Below, one piece after another: positions 49,583 through 62,362 of a stretch of DNA of 64,000 nucleotides. Made by a program: the position numbers and the translations under genes. Every line of letters begins with the position of its first letter. Within the stretch, counting starts at the first letter, position 1. The notes below the pieces were generated by a model, which saw only the letters and a program-made list of their open reading frames with translations, had not been told where the DNA came from and searched no databases. This DNA comes from Eledone cirrhosa (lineage: Eukaryota), in NCBI GenBank assembly GCA_964016885.1, contig OZ024741.1, positions 239,816,001-239,880,000 of the forward strand, in the 5' to 3' direction.

Positions 49583-50804
49583 TATCATCTTCATCATCAT
49601 CATTTAATGTCTATCTTCCACGCTAGCATGGGTTAGACGTGTTTGTCCTATTTAGAGGTAAGTTGGGTCAGGTGACCATGTCTCCCTCATATAGGACTGT
49701 TTCTGGCTGGTTTTCTACACCTGGATACCCTTCCTAGCACCAACCACATTTACTGTGTGTGCTGGGTCATTTTTGCCGTGTCTTCTACATGACCACTCTA
49801 CAGTGTGGACTGGATGTTTTGTGGTACCAACATAACATTCACACACACATACATATATATATGTGTGTGTATATACATATATCATCATCACCTCTGTTTT
49901 ACATCTATTTTCCATGTTAGCATGGGGTAGACAGGCAATGCTAGATCAGGTGATCATGTCTTGCTCATGCAGGACTGATTCTGGCTTGGTTTCTACAGCT
50001 GGATGCCCTTCCTAACACCAACCTCATTTCCAGTGAGTACTTAGTGCTTTTTGTTATGACACCTACACGAGCCTTTACAGTGTGGGCTGGGGAATTTTTG
50101 TTCTGACACCTACACGACCACGTTAACAGTGTGGGCTGGGCACTTTTTGCCGTGTCACCATCACGACCGCTTTACAATGTGGGCTGTGGTCTTCACTGGA
50201 TGCATTTACTTTGGCCTGTCCTCATGGAGGTGTATGGTAGTGTGAGTTGGGACATACTGTATATATATATGCTTCGGCTTGTGCTCATGGCAAGTTGGGT
50301 CTTCTGTATTACTGCGTATCGCCAGGGATCTTGGACATGTGTCATCGCCTTTGAGAGGTTCAATTGGGCAAGGTCGGCTTTTATCACCTCGTCCCAAGTC
50401 TCCCCACTTCAAGGCTTCCATCAACTTTGAGTGCACTGCACTTTTTTATGCAGCTGTCATCCTTCATACGCATCACATGTCCATATCAATGCAACCTCCT
50501 CTCCTGCACACAGCATTTGATTCCTCTTATGCTCAGTCTCTCTCTCAATTTGTTTATGCTTTGCCGTTCACGTATATTACTATTACACATCCATTGGAGC
50601 ATGCAAGCTTCCTTTCTTTCTAATCTATACAAGTCTTCTGCACACAACGCCGATGTCTCAGTACCATGTAACATTGCTGTTCGTATGCACGCATCATACA
50701 GTCTGCCTTTCATTTTGAGGGAAAAGCCTTTTGCAGCTAGCAGTGGTAGTAGCTCCCTGAACTTCTTCCATCCTGGTTACTGTACTTTCACAACACCCAC
50801 CACC
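49583..50804 (-). mobile_element. RTE 3' fragment with a second, tandem 3'UTR and tail
   Basis: MKGRLYDACIRTAMLHG; two (GAT)n tails near 49885 and 49590. Confidence 0.85.
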
Positions 50805-51298
50805 AGTTGCATAAAAAGGTTCAGAGCACTAAAAGTCGATGGAAGCCTTGGAGTGGAGAGACCCAAGAAGACCTGGGATGAGGTGATAAAAGCTAACCTT
50901 GCCCAATTGCACCTCTTAAAGGCAATGACACAGGACTGAGACCTCAGGTGTTACGCAGTAAATACAGCAGGTACAAGCCAAAGCTGAAGCATATAGACAA
51001 TATGCCCCCATCCCCTCCCACTGCAAAGTGGTCATGGTGTCATCACGACAAAAAAGCACCCAGTCCACACTGTAAGGTGGTTGTGTAGGCGCCACGGTAA
51101 AAAGTCACCCAGTACTCACTGTAAATGAGGTTGGTGTTAGGAAGGGCATCCAGCTGTAGAAATGAAACCAAAATAAGTTTCCGTATGAGCAAGACATGGT
51201 CACGTAACCTGACATTGCCCACAACAGGACAACCCATCTAACCCATGCTAACGTGGAAGAATGGACGTAAAACGGTGAAGATGATGATGATGATGATG
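50805..51298 (+). mobile_element. RTE 3' fragment fused head-to-head with the preceding copy
   Basis: SCIKRFRALKVDGSLGVERPKKTWDE; (GAT)n tail. Confidence 0.85.
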
Positions 51299-51878
51299 TT
51301 ATATACATTATATTATACGGAGTTCAAATTCCTCCGAGGTTAACTTTGCCTTAAAATAATGCACCAATAATACACTGGGATAATTGCTGGTCTTGTGCCA
51401 AAAGTAGAAACAATTATATATATGTTATATATATATATTATATATATATGTGTGTGTGATCTGTTTTTTATTCTGTGAAATGTAAATAGTAGCAAGGAAT
51501 AGAATATTGCATCTTTTTCTAAGATATCTCCAATGACAGTGAAGAATCCTACAATTGGTGTAAATGGTGTAAATGGTGAGAGAAGGAGAAAGGACGGAGA
51601 GTGTGTTAGAAATCGAAGCAAATTTCATGCCTTTCCGAGCCTAGATCAAGTTCAGCTAACAGTCTACTACCACTATTTATATTCATCACTAGACAGCTGA
51701 AAACCTCATATATATATATATATATCAATTGAGTAGGTAAGGAGGATATACTTGCTTAGTGGTCTATTAACAGTGTGTGCATATGTGTTGGAGAGCGAGT
51801 GAGAGAAAGACACCTACTATAGAAGTAAATGTATGAATCAGTTGACTAGACAAGAAGGGGATATACTAAGTGATTTGT

Positions 51879-51902
51879 ATGTGCGTGTGTGTGTGTGTGT
51901 AT

Positions 51903-51961
<59 letters not shown>
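51879..51961. repeat. (GT)n and (GA)n microsatellite; similar (CT)n tracts at 1051-1106 and 22802-22878
   Basis: Direct reading. Confidence 0.95.
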
Positions 51962-51965
<4 letters not shown>

Positions 51966-52754
51966 AGACTATCAAAGTATATCCTCCACCACTATCATCA
52001 TTACTCTGAACTGCTGCAGTTCAGTGCCGGCTACTAAGGTAGTCAGCTACAACAAAGTGTAATAATGATTTTCAAGGACAGGCGAGTATGTTCATTGATG
52101 CAGTGTGGCAGTGAAAAGTCACGAGTCGTTGCAGTTTACATTCATTGAGAACAGCAACATGATGGCAGCTTTACACTTGGCCAATATTAGACTTTAAATC
52201 TAATGTATTCTTTATACATCTCTATTTTATATACAACATTCTTTGCTCAGTATTTGTATGCATTGAGGTTTTGTAAGTTTAATAGATAAATCAAATGCTA
52301 ATTTTCATGTATTTACATGGAAAAAGGTGCATCTTATAGTTGGATATATATATACACAATAATAATCATCATATACACCAATATTTTTCATTTATCATCA
52401 TCATCATTAAGAGCAACAGCGTCATTATTTTTGTCTTTGTAGAACGAATGATTATGGAGTAAAATCTCCTCCCACCACCAATGCAATAATTATCATTTGC
52501 AGCAGTTTCAGAGATTTCCACTAAGGTAGTTGCTACAACAGAATGTATTTTCAAAGCCATCCAACTTATAACAGCATTGGAAAAGACAGACATTAAAATA
52601 GTGATGATGATTATGATGATGATGATTTAATACAGTAGTAGTTATAGTAATATTGTAGTAGGAGAAGATCACTTTTATTTTTAACAAAGCTATTACACAG
52701 GAACAACTGCGCATTTATATATCAAAACTTAAATGTGTCTTTGTGTAATATTGA

Positions 52755-52960
52755 TTTCTAACACAGGCACAAGGTCTCAAATTTAAGGGATATTAATAAT
52801 CGATTAGATTGACCCTAGTACTCAATTGGTACTTGTATTATCAAGTATCAAAGGATGAAAGGCAAAGCTGGTTTTGACAGGATTTGAAACCAGTACATGA
52901 AGGTATGTGTCTAAATACCACAAGGCATTTAGTCTGTCATTTTACTGATTCTGCCAATCC
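52755..52960 (-). mobile_element. SINE family A, diverged
   Basis: ggatgaaaggcaaag...ggatttgaaac...ctgccaatcc. Confidence 0.7.
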
Positions 52961-53608
52961 ATAATATTGACCTACCTTTTATGGTACTGAAAATGGCATA
53001 TAGAGTCTGATTAGATGATCATTGCTGTTGTTTAGCTTTATATTAGTCCCAGTCTAACAGACCCATGATCACCCTGTATCATTCACCCCCTACTGACAGT
53101 ATATCTAGAATACATTACTCAATGTGCCCATTCATTTTTTAATGACAGCAGTTTAGCAATCATTTTAAATTGTCTTCTCAGATCACCTGACTGGTATTTG
53201 TGAAGCAGCATATTTTCTTTATTCAAAATCTTCCAAGGTTGACTTTCCTTATAATTTTGAGCTGATAGAAGTAATAAATTTTCTTGGGGATAATTCAATT
53301 GCATTTGTTTTTAGAAAAAATGCTTTGTAATAGCCTTAGCCCTTTAGCATTTAAACCGGCCATAATACTCTCACCTCTTTCTGTTCAAACCGGCTGTAAC
53401 TGGCCGCTCATACTGATGTTAAGGCATTATTCTCAAAATAAATAACATCAAAATGTCATAGATTTGATGTTATGTGAGATAATTATGTGAGGTGAAGCCT
53501 TTACTGTGAAAATGTAATAGTAAATATAGAGTAATGTAAATGCTAAAGTATTAAAATATTTAATAATAATATTGTTCTACTTTAGAAAGGTGATGCTGCC
53601 AATAAAAA

Positions 53609-53892
53609 ACACACACACTGGTTGTATTTCACTTCAGTTTCATTAATCAATCAATTAAATAATTAATTAATTTATCAGTTGATTAATTGGAACAGGTAAA
53701 ATGAATTTCATCATTAGGTACTGGGAGATGAAGATAGACAGCGTGAAATGAGTTGTGATTAGGAGATGAATTAGGGGCCATAGGCATTAATAAGGTTAGA
53801 CTATAACGAAAGAACTTTTCCAAACCAATTAATCAATCGATTAATTAACTGATTCATAAAACTGAAGTGAATTACAACCAGTGTGTGTGTGT
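53609..53892. mobile_element. Fold-back / MITE-like inverted repeat
   Basis: acacacactggttgtatttcacttcagtttt...aaaactgaagtgaattacaaccagtgtgtgt. Confidence 0.75.
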
Positions 53893-54304
53893 TCCAACAC
53901 AATTTCACACCTAGAATCTTTCAAAACAAATACAAAAACAAAATGATTAACTTGTCCTTTTAAATTTGATTGACATGTGTGTGAATTCATACGTGTAATT
54001 TAGATTCTACTTAGTTACTTAAATTCTATATTGAAAATCATTTAAAATGTTCCTCATACCAAACAATCTATTAATATAGTAGAAACCATGGACTAAATGT
54101 ACTACATAAGTTGACATGAAACTCAGTAAATATTTTTTCACTGTAAATAATGTCTCACCAAATCAACTTACAATAAAACAGAGAGTCCCTACATGGTCAC
54201 TCAGCCTGCTAGAGATAGTAGCTAAGTCCTTCAAATCATTAAGAACGGAATATATTGGAAAGAAAAAGAATAATGATTTCTTTTATAAGGTTTCTAAGAA
54301 TAAT

Positions 54305-54980
54305 AATTCTTTCTAACATTGGTACAAGGTCAGCAATTTTGGGGGAAGGGAAAGTCAATTTAATCAATCCCAGTACTTGACTGGTACTTCATTTTATCGA
54401 TCCTGGAAGAATGAAATGTAAAGTTGACTTCAGTGGGATTTAAACTCAGAATGTAAAGGACCAAAACAAATGTCACAAAGCATTTAAAAAAAACAAACTA
54501 ATGATTCTATAAATCCACTGCCTTATTTCTAATAGTAATAATGGTTTCTTATATAGGCACAAGGCCAGCAATTTTGGGGGAGGGGAAAATCGATTAAATC
54601 GACCCAGTACGTTATTGGTGCTTTATTTTATTGACCCCCGTAAAGATGAAAGGCAAAGTTAACCTCGGCAGGATTTGAAATCAGAATGGCAAGGGCCGTA
54701 ACTATATGCATCAAAGCATGGCGTCCAACCCTCTACCAATACCACCAATCCAGAAATAATGGTTTCTTATATAGGCACAAGGCCAGTAATTTGGGGGGAG
54801 GGGAAAGTCGATAAAATCGACCCCAGTGCGTGACTGGTACTTTATTTTATCGACCCCATAAGGATGAAAGGCAAAGTTAACCTCGGCGGGATTTGAGCTC
54901 AGATCATAAAGTGCCGTAACTCTATGCTGCAAAGCATGGCGTCCGACCCTCTGCTGATACTGCCAATTCACTGCCCTCTG
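54305..54980 (-). mobile_element. Three head-to-tail SINE family A copies; the last has a 16-bp TSD
   Basis: TSD ccaatccagaaataat at 54745-54760/54981-54996. Confidence 0.88.
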
Positions 54981-55182
54981 CCAATCCAGAAATAATGATA
55001 ACTTTGATTGGCTAAACATTTAAAACCAAAATAATAATAATAGCTAAATTTAACATTTCGTCTTTTTCATTTATTTGTTTACATAAATCTAGACATGTAT
55101 TAGATATTTGTGATATATTAGATTTTCAAGAAACATTACTTAGCTTTCTTAAAACTTTCTAAAAAATAGACATTTTCATCAG

Positions 55183-55535
55183 GTATAGCTATGTGGTTAA
55201 CAGATTCTTTTTGCAACCACATGGTATTTGGTTCCAGTCAACTGTGAAGAATCTCGGGCAAGTATCTACTGTAGTCATAGGCTAGCCAATACCTTTTGAA
55301 TGGAATTTGATAGATAAAAACTGTGTGGAAGCTCATTATATACCTATCTATTATATATATTTGTGTGTATGTATTTGTACTTATGTTTACTGGTGTAAAC
55401 CAGTGTGTTAAGTTGTTTCCCTTTATGTCAAATACATAGCTTAATGGATTTGATGAATAGACCAATAAAATAAGTTCTAGAGTTGCTATAATTGACTTGA
55501 AATCTTAAGGGTAGTGCACCAGCATGTTGCAGTTC
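55183..55535 (+). mobile_element. Degraded tRNA-derived SINE of another family
   Basis: tagctatgtggttaa (A-box-like), ggttccagtc (B-box-like), ctcgggcaagt core. Confidence 0.45.
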
Positions 55536-56237
55536 AATGATTGAAGAAAAGAAAAAAATCAATATTATCTATAATTCAACTACATTTTAGTATTCAAATT
55601 GTGGCTTTCCACTCAAAAGTTAAAATCCATAGTCAATTAAATAAGTACCTGTCATGAGCCTTGTAGTTAGACACAAAATATTTTAATGTCTACCAACTGA
55701 AATGGGTATTAAATTAAATATTGTGAAATTTCATGAATAATCTATATAAAATATTATTAGATTGTTCAAACGAGTGACTTTACTGGTTTAAAGTTTCATT
55801 CAATAGAATCAGATTATGCTATTTAATCTTACAAGCAGACATCTGCTAGGGTGTGGTTCATTTTATATGGAAATTCATGATGAAAAAAAAATCAATAAAA
55901 TGAGAGATTTCTAGAATGCTGTCAGTTTTATTTTCCATAACAAACTTGACATATTATATTTTTTTGTTTTAATATTTCTTAAAGTTAAGTATGACATTTT
56001 TTGTCAAAATTAAAAATCATACTTGAATAAAATATAAGATTGAGCTAATAAAGGAGTATCTGTGGTCACTCATCATGCAAGAAATAGCAGCCAATTCCCC
56101 CTCATACTACACCTTACCATTAAACAAATATGAAGCATACATTGGATACTTTTCTGGTGGTTTCAAATGAATGAAGCAGTTCTAGTCATGTAGAAGTAAT
56201 TTCTAATTGAAATAATTATATACATATATATATATAT

Positions 56238-56717
56238 TGGGCAATTGCACCTCTCAAAGACAATGGCACAGGATCGAGATATCTGGTGTTATGCAGTAAT
56301 ACAGAAGACACACCTTCCCACATGGACGGACTCAAACATACATCTAGTAGTCACCTTTTAACCACTATACCCTCATCCACCTACTTCTGTCCACACCCCC
56401 CTTACACTGTAAAGTGGTCGTATGGGTGTCACAACAAAAAGCACCCAGCCCACACAATAAAATGGTCGTGTAGGTATCAAAAGGCACCCAGTTCACACTG
56501 TAGGGTGGTTGAGTAGGTGTCACAACAAAAAACACGCAGCCCCACACTGTAAAGTGGTCATGTAGGAGTTATGACAAAAAGTACCCAGCATACACTGTAA
56601 ATGTGGTTGGCATTAGGAAGGGCATCCAGCCATAGAAACCTAGTCAGAAACAGTTCTATATGAGCACCTGACCCAACTTGCCTCTAATGGGACAACCCGT
56701 TAAACGATGATGATGAT
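56238..56717 (+). mobile_element. RTE 3'UTR fragment within (TA)n
   Basis: Matches the 3' ends of the other copies; gttaaacgatgatgatga tail. Confidence 0.85.
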
Positions 56718-56829
56718 ATATATATATATATATATATAATATCCAACACATTAATACTCTTTTCCTACTATATTAAGTGTAATACTAATAATATTCATTG
56801 TACTGTGTCGTTTGCCTTTTACATACACA

Positions 56830-57478
56830 TCTATATATATAAAGTTGTAGTTCCTGTTTGTTTGTTCACAAACTCCTATGGTTTTGGAGATAGACCCCAT
56901 AACCATATATATTCTGAAACTACATAGCCCAGGGTTCTTGGATAAGTATATTTCATTTTAATCAAAGGGTTCTCCAGGGGCACAAACCCTTGCTGAAAAT
57001 CTTTTCCCTTCGATTTATATGAAATTTAAACTATAGGTAAATGACAAGATATGATGCCTATTCACAAAATTTCAGCAAATTTCAATAATATTAAGACACC
57101 CTAATGTGGGTCAGACACCCTAATTAGGGTTCCCAGGGGTCACAAACCCTTGCTAAAAAAATTTTCCCTTCGATTTATATGAAATTTAAACCATAGGTAA
57201 ATGACAAGATATGATGCCTATTCACAAAAGTTTTGAATTGATATTTTGAAAAAAATTATTTACAAGAAACAAAATAAGAATAAGATTTAATAATGTAATT
57301 TTGATTTGATATATTACAAAAAATAATGTTTTCCAATGTTTCATGCATTACATTTTACATTGAGTAATATTGAAATGCAGAGTTTTTCTCCATAAATTAT
57401 ATCACTGATTTAAAATCAATCATCATTTTCTTACAAAAAAATGTGTGAAACACAACAAGGTGTGGGTTATTCGGCTAG
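56830..57478 (+). mobile_element. Non-autonomous Helitron with an internal direct repeat of about 105 bp
   Basis: A|TCtatatatataaag...cacaacaaggtgtg..ggCTAG|T; no TSD; repeat at about 56966-57069 and 57126-57229. Confidence 0.8.
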
Positions 57479-57839
57479 TATATATATATAGCATGGACAA
57501 TGGATGTTAAACGATGAGGATATATAAATAACCTCACACATTAATATTCGACTCAATAATGATAGGAATTATACCCACCTCTATTAGGGCTTGATGTAGT
57601 GTTGATATGAATATCCCATCAAAGCAATAATGTATGCAATAAAATAAATCTCATAAAATATTTTGATTGTTATTTCATTGTCTTGATCGGTGATTGTAAT
57701 AAAGCTTTTTTTTTTTTTTTTTTTTTATTTCATAAACTTCATTGCAAATAATCTTTACAACTTATTGATTTAGTTTTCTTCCTTGTCTCTCACTAAAAAT
57801 ACACATCTCCTTTACATAATCTATATGTTGATTGTTACT

Positions 57840-58710
57840 TCTTGTCAGAAGAGTGCCATCCCTTCACTGAGCATTGTATGATCCTGTGCACGCAGGTGAA
57901 TTTTCAAACCCGTTTATGTTTTGCAGGCATGTTCACAGATGTAATACTTGAACTGTCTGGGATGTGTCTTCCTGCATTCTACCATGTCTGATCATTCCAC
58001 CAGCTGACTTGCAAATCAAGCTACACTCATTGCAAATGTACCGTACAGGGCATGGCATTAGAACCATCTCAAAAGTAGCCCAATTTCTCCCTGGGCTTTC
58101 TCTAACTTCAGATGGTTGACAAATCCAGCTCTTGAAGTTGGTCACATACATTGCACCTCAATTCATGCTGGATTTTTGCAGGCTCTGCACTTGGATCCCA
58201 TACATTGCACCTCAATTCATGCTGGATTTTTGTAGAGTCTGCACTTGGGTCCCACTAATGGAGTGAACGCTTCAAAGCAACATGCTCCACTTGTTTCTTT
58301 CTCAGACATCATATCCATACTAGATGGTTATTCTCCATGACGCACAGCCTTCAGCTAATGTCTTCCAATTCTCCATATCAATCTTCAGAGTTTTAAGATT
58401 GTCTTTTATGACATCCCTAAACTGCTTCTTTGGTTTATGCTATCACCTTTTTCCTCTAGTCAGCACCCCATAAAATAACTGTTTAGGCAGCCTTCCATCT
58501 TCCATCCTGACCACATGACCAGCCCAAAACATCTGGTTCATAATAATCCTCTTCTTAATACTGGTGTTGGCCACTTTCTCAAGTACAGTAGCATCAAGTA
58601 TGTATAAGGGTCACTTGATGTTCAGGATGTTTTGGATACAATACTAATGAAATCTTTTCAGCTGCCTGTAAGTTGTCCACATTTACATCAGTATAGCAGG
58701 GCTGTAGGAG
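57840..58710 (-). mobile_element. Degraded RTE/BovB-like LINE 3' end with a C2H2-like finger
   Basis: Manual translation: WAGHVVRMEDGRLPKQLFYG..KPKKQFRDVIKDNLK; CNECSLICKSAGGMIRH. Confidence 0.8.
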
Positions 58711-58865
58711 CTATAAACTACCTATACACACACATATATATATATATATAAATTTGTGTATATAACAGGGAATATGAATAAACAAAGTTAATTTTAAAAT
58801 GTAGGCTTCACATGTAGCAGTTGCACCGGAACAGTAAGCAGGAAACAAGCGGTACTAAATTCTGG

Positions 58866-60142
58866 GAGGGCTCTGTAGAAACAGTAGACAGTGTCTGCTA
58901 CTTAGGTGACCGAATTAGTAGTGGTGGTAGGTGTTCTGAAAGTAGCCAGAGTAAGAAAGGGATGGAAGAAGTTCAGGGGGCTACTACCACTGCTGGCTAC
59001 AAAAGGGTTTTCCCCCATAATGAAAGGCAGACTGTATGATGTGTGCATACAGACAGCTATGTTGCATGGTAGTGAGACTTGGGCGCTGTGTGCAGAAGAC
59101 TTGCATAGATTGGAAAGAAATGAAGCTTGCATGATCTGATGGATGTGTAATAGTAATATACGAGAAACTAGGCATAAGAAAAATCAAATGCTGTGTGCAG
59201 GAGAGGTCATTACATTGGTATGGAAATGTGATGTGTATGAAGGATGATAGCTGCATAAAAAGGTGCAGAGCGCTCAAAGTCAATGGAAGCCTTGGAGTGG
59301 AGAGACCCAGAAAGACTTAGGATAAGGTGATAAAAGCTGACCTTGCCCAATTGAACCTCTCAAAGGTGATGACACAGGACCGAGATCTCTAGCGATACAC
59401 AGTAATACAGAAGACCCGACTTCCCACGGGCACAAGCTGAAGCATATATATACAGTATGCCCCAACTCACCCTCCCATACACCCCCATGAGGATAGGTTG
59501 AAGCAAATGCATTCAGTGAAGCCCCCAGAAAGTGGTCGTGGTGGTGATATGGCAAAAAGTGCCCAGCTTACACTGTAAAGTGGTCGTGTAGGTGTCAGTA
59601 CAAAAAGCACCCAGTACTCACTGTAAATGAGATTGGCATTAGGAAGGGCATCCAGCTGTAGAAACCAAGCCAGAATCAGTCCTGTATGAGCAAGACATGG
59701 TCACTGGACCTAGCATTACCACAATAGTACAACTCATCTAACCCATGTTAGTGTGGAAAATAGATGTAAAATGGTAGTGATGATGACGATATATGTATGT
59801 ACAAACAAATATATATATATATATACATCACTATCATATGTGTATATATATATGTTATGTTGGTACCACAAAACATCCAGCCCACACTGTAAAGTGGTTG
59901 TGTAGGTGTCACAACAAAAAGCACTCAGCCCACACTGTAAAGTCATCGTATAAAAGACATGGCAAAAAGCACCCAACACACACTATAAATGTGGCTGGCG
60001 CTAGGAAGGGCATCCAGCTGTAGAAAACCTGCCAGAAACAGTCCTATGTGAGCGAAACACGGTCACCCGACCCAACTTGCCTCTAAATGGGACAAACCCA
60101 TCTCACTCATGCTAGCGTGGAAGATAGACGTTAAATGATGAT
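58866..60142 (+). mobile_element. RTE 3' fragment with a tandem second 3'UTR and tail (inverted counterpart of 49583-50804)
   Basis: ARVRKGWKKFRGLLPLL..GRLYD..HGSETW; tails near 59785 and 60140. Confidence 0.85.
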
Positions 60143-60484
60143 ATATATACACACACACATTCCTAGATAGGTTGTAGTTTTTACTAAAAAAATCAGGTGC
60201 AAAAAGCAGCATGTAACATATCTACCAAACCTTGTTCTGGCCTTGAAATATTAAATAATGAAGCAAAAATATTAAAAACACAAAGAAGTATGACATATAG
60301 TACATATATTTCAAGGAAGATATACAACTGATACCTATGTTCAATTTCCCAAAAAGGTTTCCTACCTTAGCATTATACAACCATGATTAAACAGAATCTG
60401 GGTTTGTTTCTCATTATTTAAATACAATATTTAAAGTTGATAGTTTTAATTGCAATAGCATATAATAACTATTAATTAAAGATT

Positions 60485-60678
60485 GGTGGAATTGTTAGAA
60501 CATTTGACAACATGTTTTGTCGGATTTAGTTATGGTCCATTGCATTCTGAATTCAAATCCCACCATGGTCAACTTTACCTTTCATTCTTCCAGAGTCAAT
60601 AAAATAAAGTATTGGGGTCAAGTTAACTGACTTTCCTCTCACCCAAATTGCTACCATTGGGACTATATTAGAAATAAG
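60485..60678 (+). mobile_element. SINE family A, diverged
   Basis: ttcaaatcccacc..ctttcattcttcc..aaaataaagt. Confidence 0.7.
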
Positions 60679-61149
60679 TTACAGTTACTAATTTGTTTTA
60701 ATTTACATAACTAAGAACATTTTTTTATTTATTAATGTTGCTTTGTGTTTCAGTATACTAAGCAAAAATATAAAGAATATGATTTTTTAAAGAATTTCAC
60801 ATGTACCATTGATCCTGTACTTACTGTTGGAATTAATATCTCTGATTATTTAGAAGTAACATTATTCATTAGAATAGTTTATCTGCTAATGATTGAACTC
60901 TTGAAATATACTTTCATTCTGGATACATTTAAAAGCAGTACTTTTGCTAAATTTCAATGTTTTTTTACAGTTCATATTTTATTTAAATGACTTCAAATAT
61001 GTCCTCATACAACTGTTAATTTCACGTGTATAATATACTTTTATACAGGAGGAATAAACATATCGAGGTCATTGCAAGTTTTTCCATCTCTTTGTCTTAG
61101 ATTACTTTCCTTTATAACAGTCAATGATCAACACTATCTCTCTTTCTCT

Positions 61150-62362
61150 TGCGTTGGTGACACAAAAAATGCACCCAATACACCCTATAATGTGGTTGGA
61201 GTCAGGAAAGACAGTCAACCATAGAAAACTTGCCAAAGACAGGGTTCAGAGGACTCTTCAGTCTTGTTAAAGTTCATGACAACCTCTCTAATGTTAATGC
61301 CATGATAAAATGCACCCAGTAAACTCTGCAAAGTGGTTGGTGTTCGGAAGGGTATCCAGCCATATAAAAAGTCAAAAGGACTCTTCAGTTATGTCAAGGA
61401 CATGATAACTTTTCTAGTGCTGGTACCACAATAAAATGCACCCAGTAGACTGTAAAGTGTGGTAATGAATGTAAGCAAGATGAGAGCCCTGGCTCATCTG
61501 GGAGATCAGTAGCTCTGATTACATATGGTCTTGATCTATGACAACCCTTGTTAGAAGGGAAAACAGATATTAAATATTAATGATGATGATGATGATGATG
61601 ATATTAACTAAAATTCAATATCTCAGTTAATAAAACAACACAATTTTTCTAAATATTCTCCTACCACTTTACCCCATAAGATATTTAGCTAAAACATTTG
61701 CTTCTCTCTTATGTTATTGATCATAAAATGTAAATTTGCAAACATGATTTTATCACAGTTATTACTGATTTTCCATGATGGTATTTGTAGAGTTAATGTC
61801 CAGAACATCATTTCACCTCTTTATTTTGTGCCACTTCATATGTATGTCATAACATCTTCAGCTTCTTTTTTTGACATAAGTATCCTCCATTGTCAGCACA
61901 CTGCACTTATTTTTTATGTATTATCTGTTTACAACCACACGCTCATATTTATACAGCTGCTACAGTGTCTTAGTTTACTTGTTTGCTATCTTTAACTGTT
62001 AAGGGAGATATTTATTTAAATAGTTAAACTATAACAATATGTAGATTTTCTTAGCAGAAATACTAGGTACACTTTGGGAAATAGATTGCAATTATTAAAC
62101 AGAGTTAATATATGGGAGGAAGAGGACTCTCCAGTTTGGACAAGCTTACAATGACCTTTCATGTGCTGGTGCCACAATAAAATACACCCAGTACACTCTG
62201 TAAAGTGGGTGGCATTAAGAAGAGCATCCAGTCATAGAAACCATGCCAATGGAATGTATGAGGAAGATGAGGCCTCTTCAACCTGTCTTATCTTTGACCA
62301 TAACAACATATTCAGCTGCTGTCAGCATGAAAAGTGGATGTAAAATGGTGATGATGATGATA
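61150..62362 (+). repeat. Short repeats sharing the RTE 3'UTR motif and (GAT)n tails (61150-61603, 62120-62362; also 29700-29938)
   Basis: cacccagtacactctgtaaagtggttgg..ggaagggcatccagc motif; three tandem copies in 61150-61460. Confidence 0.65.
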
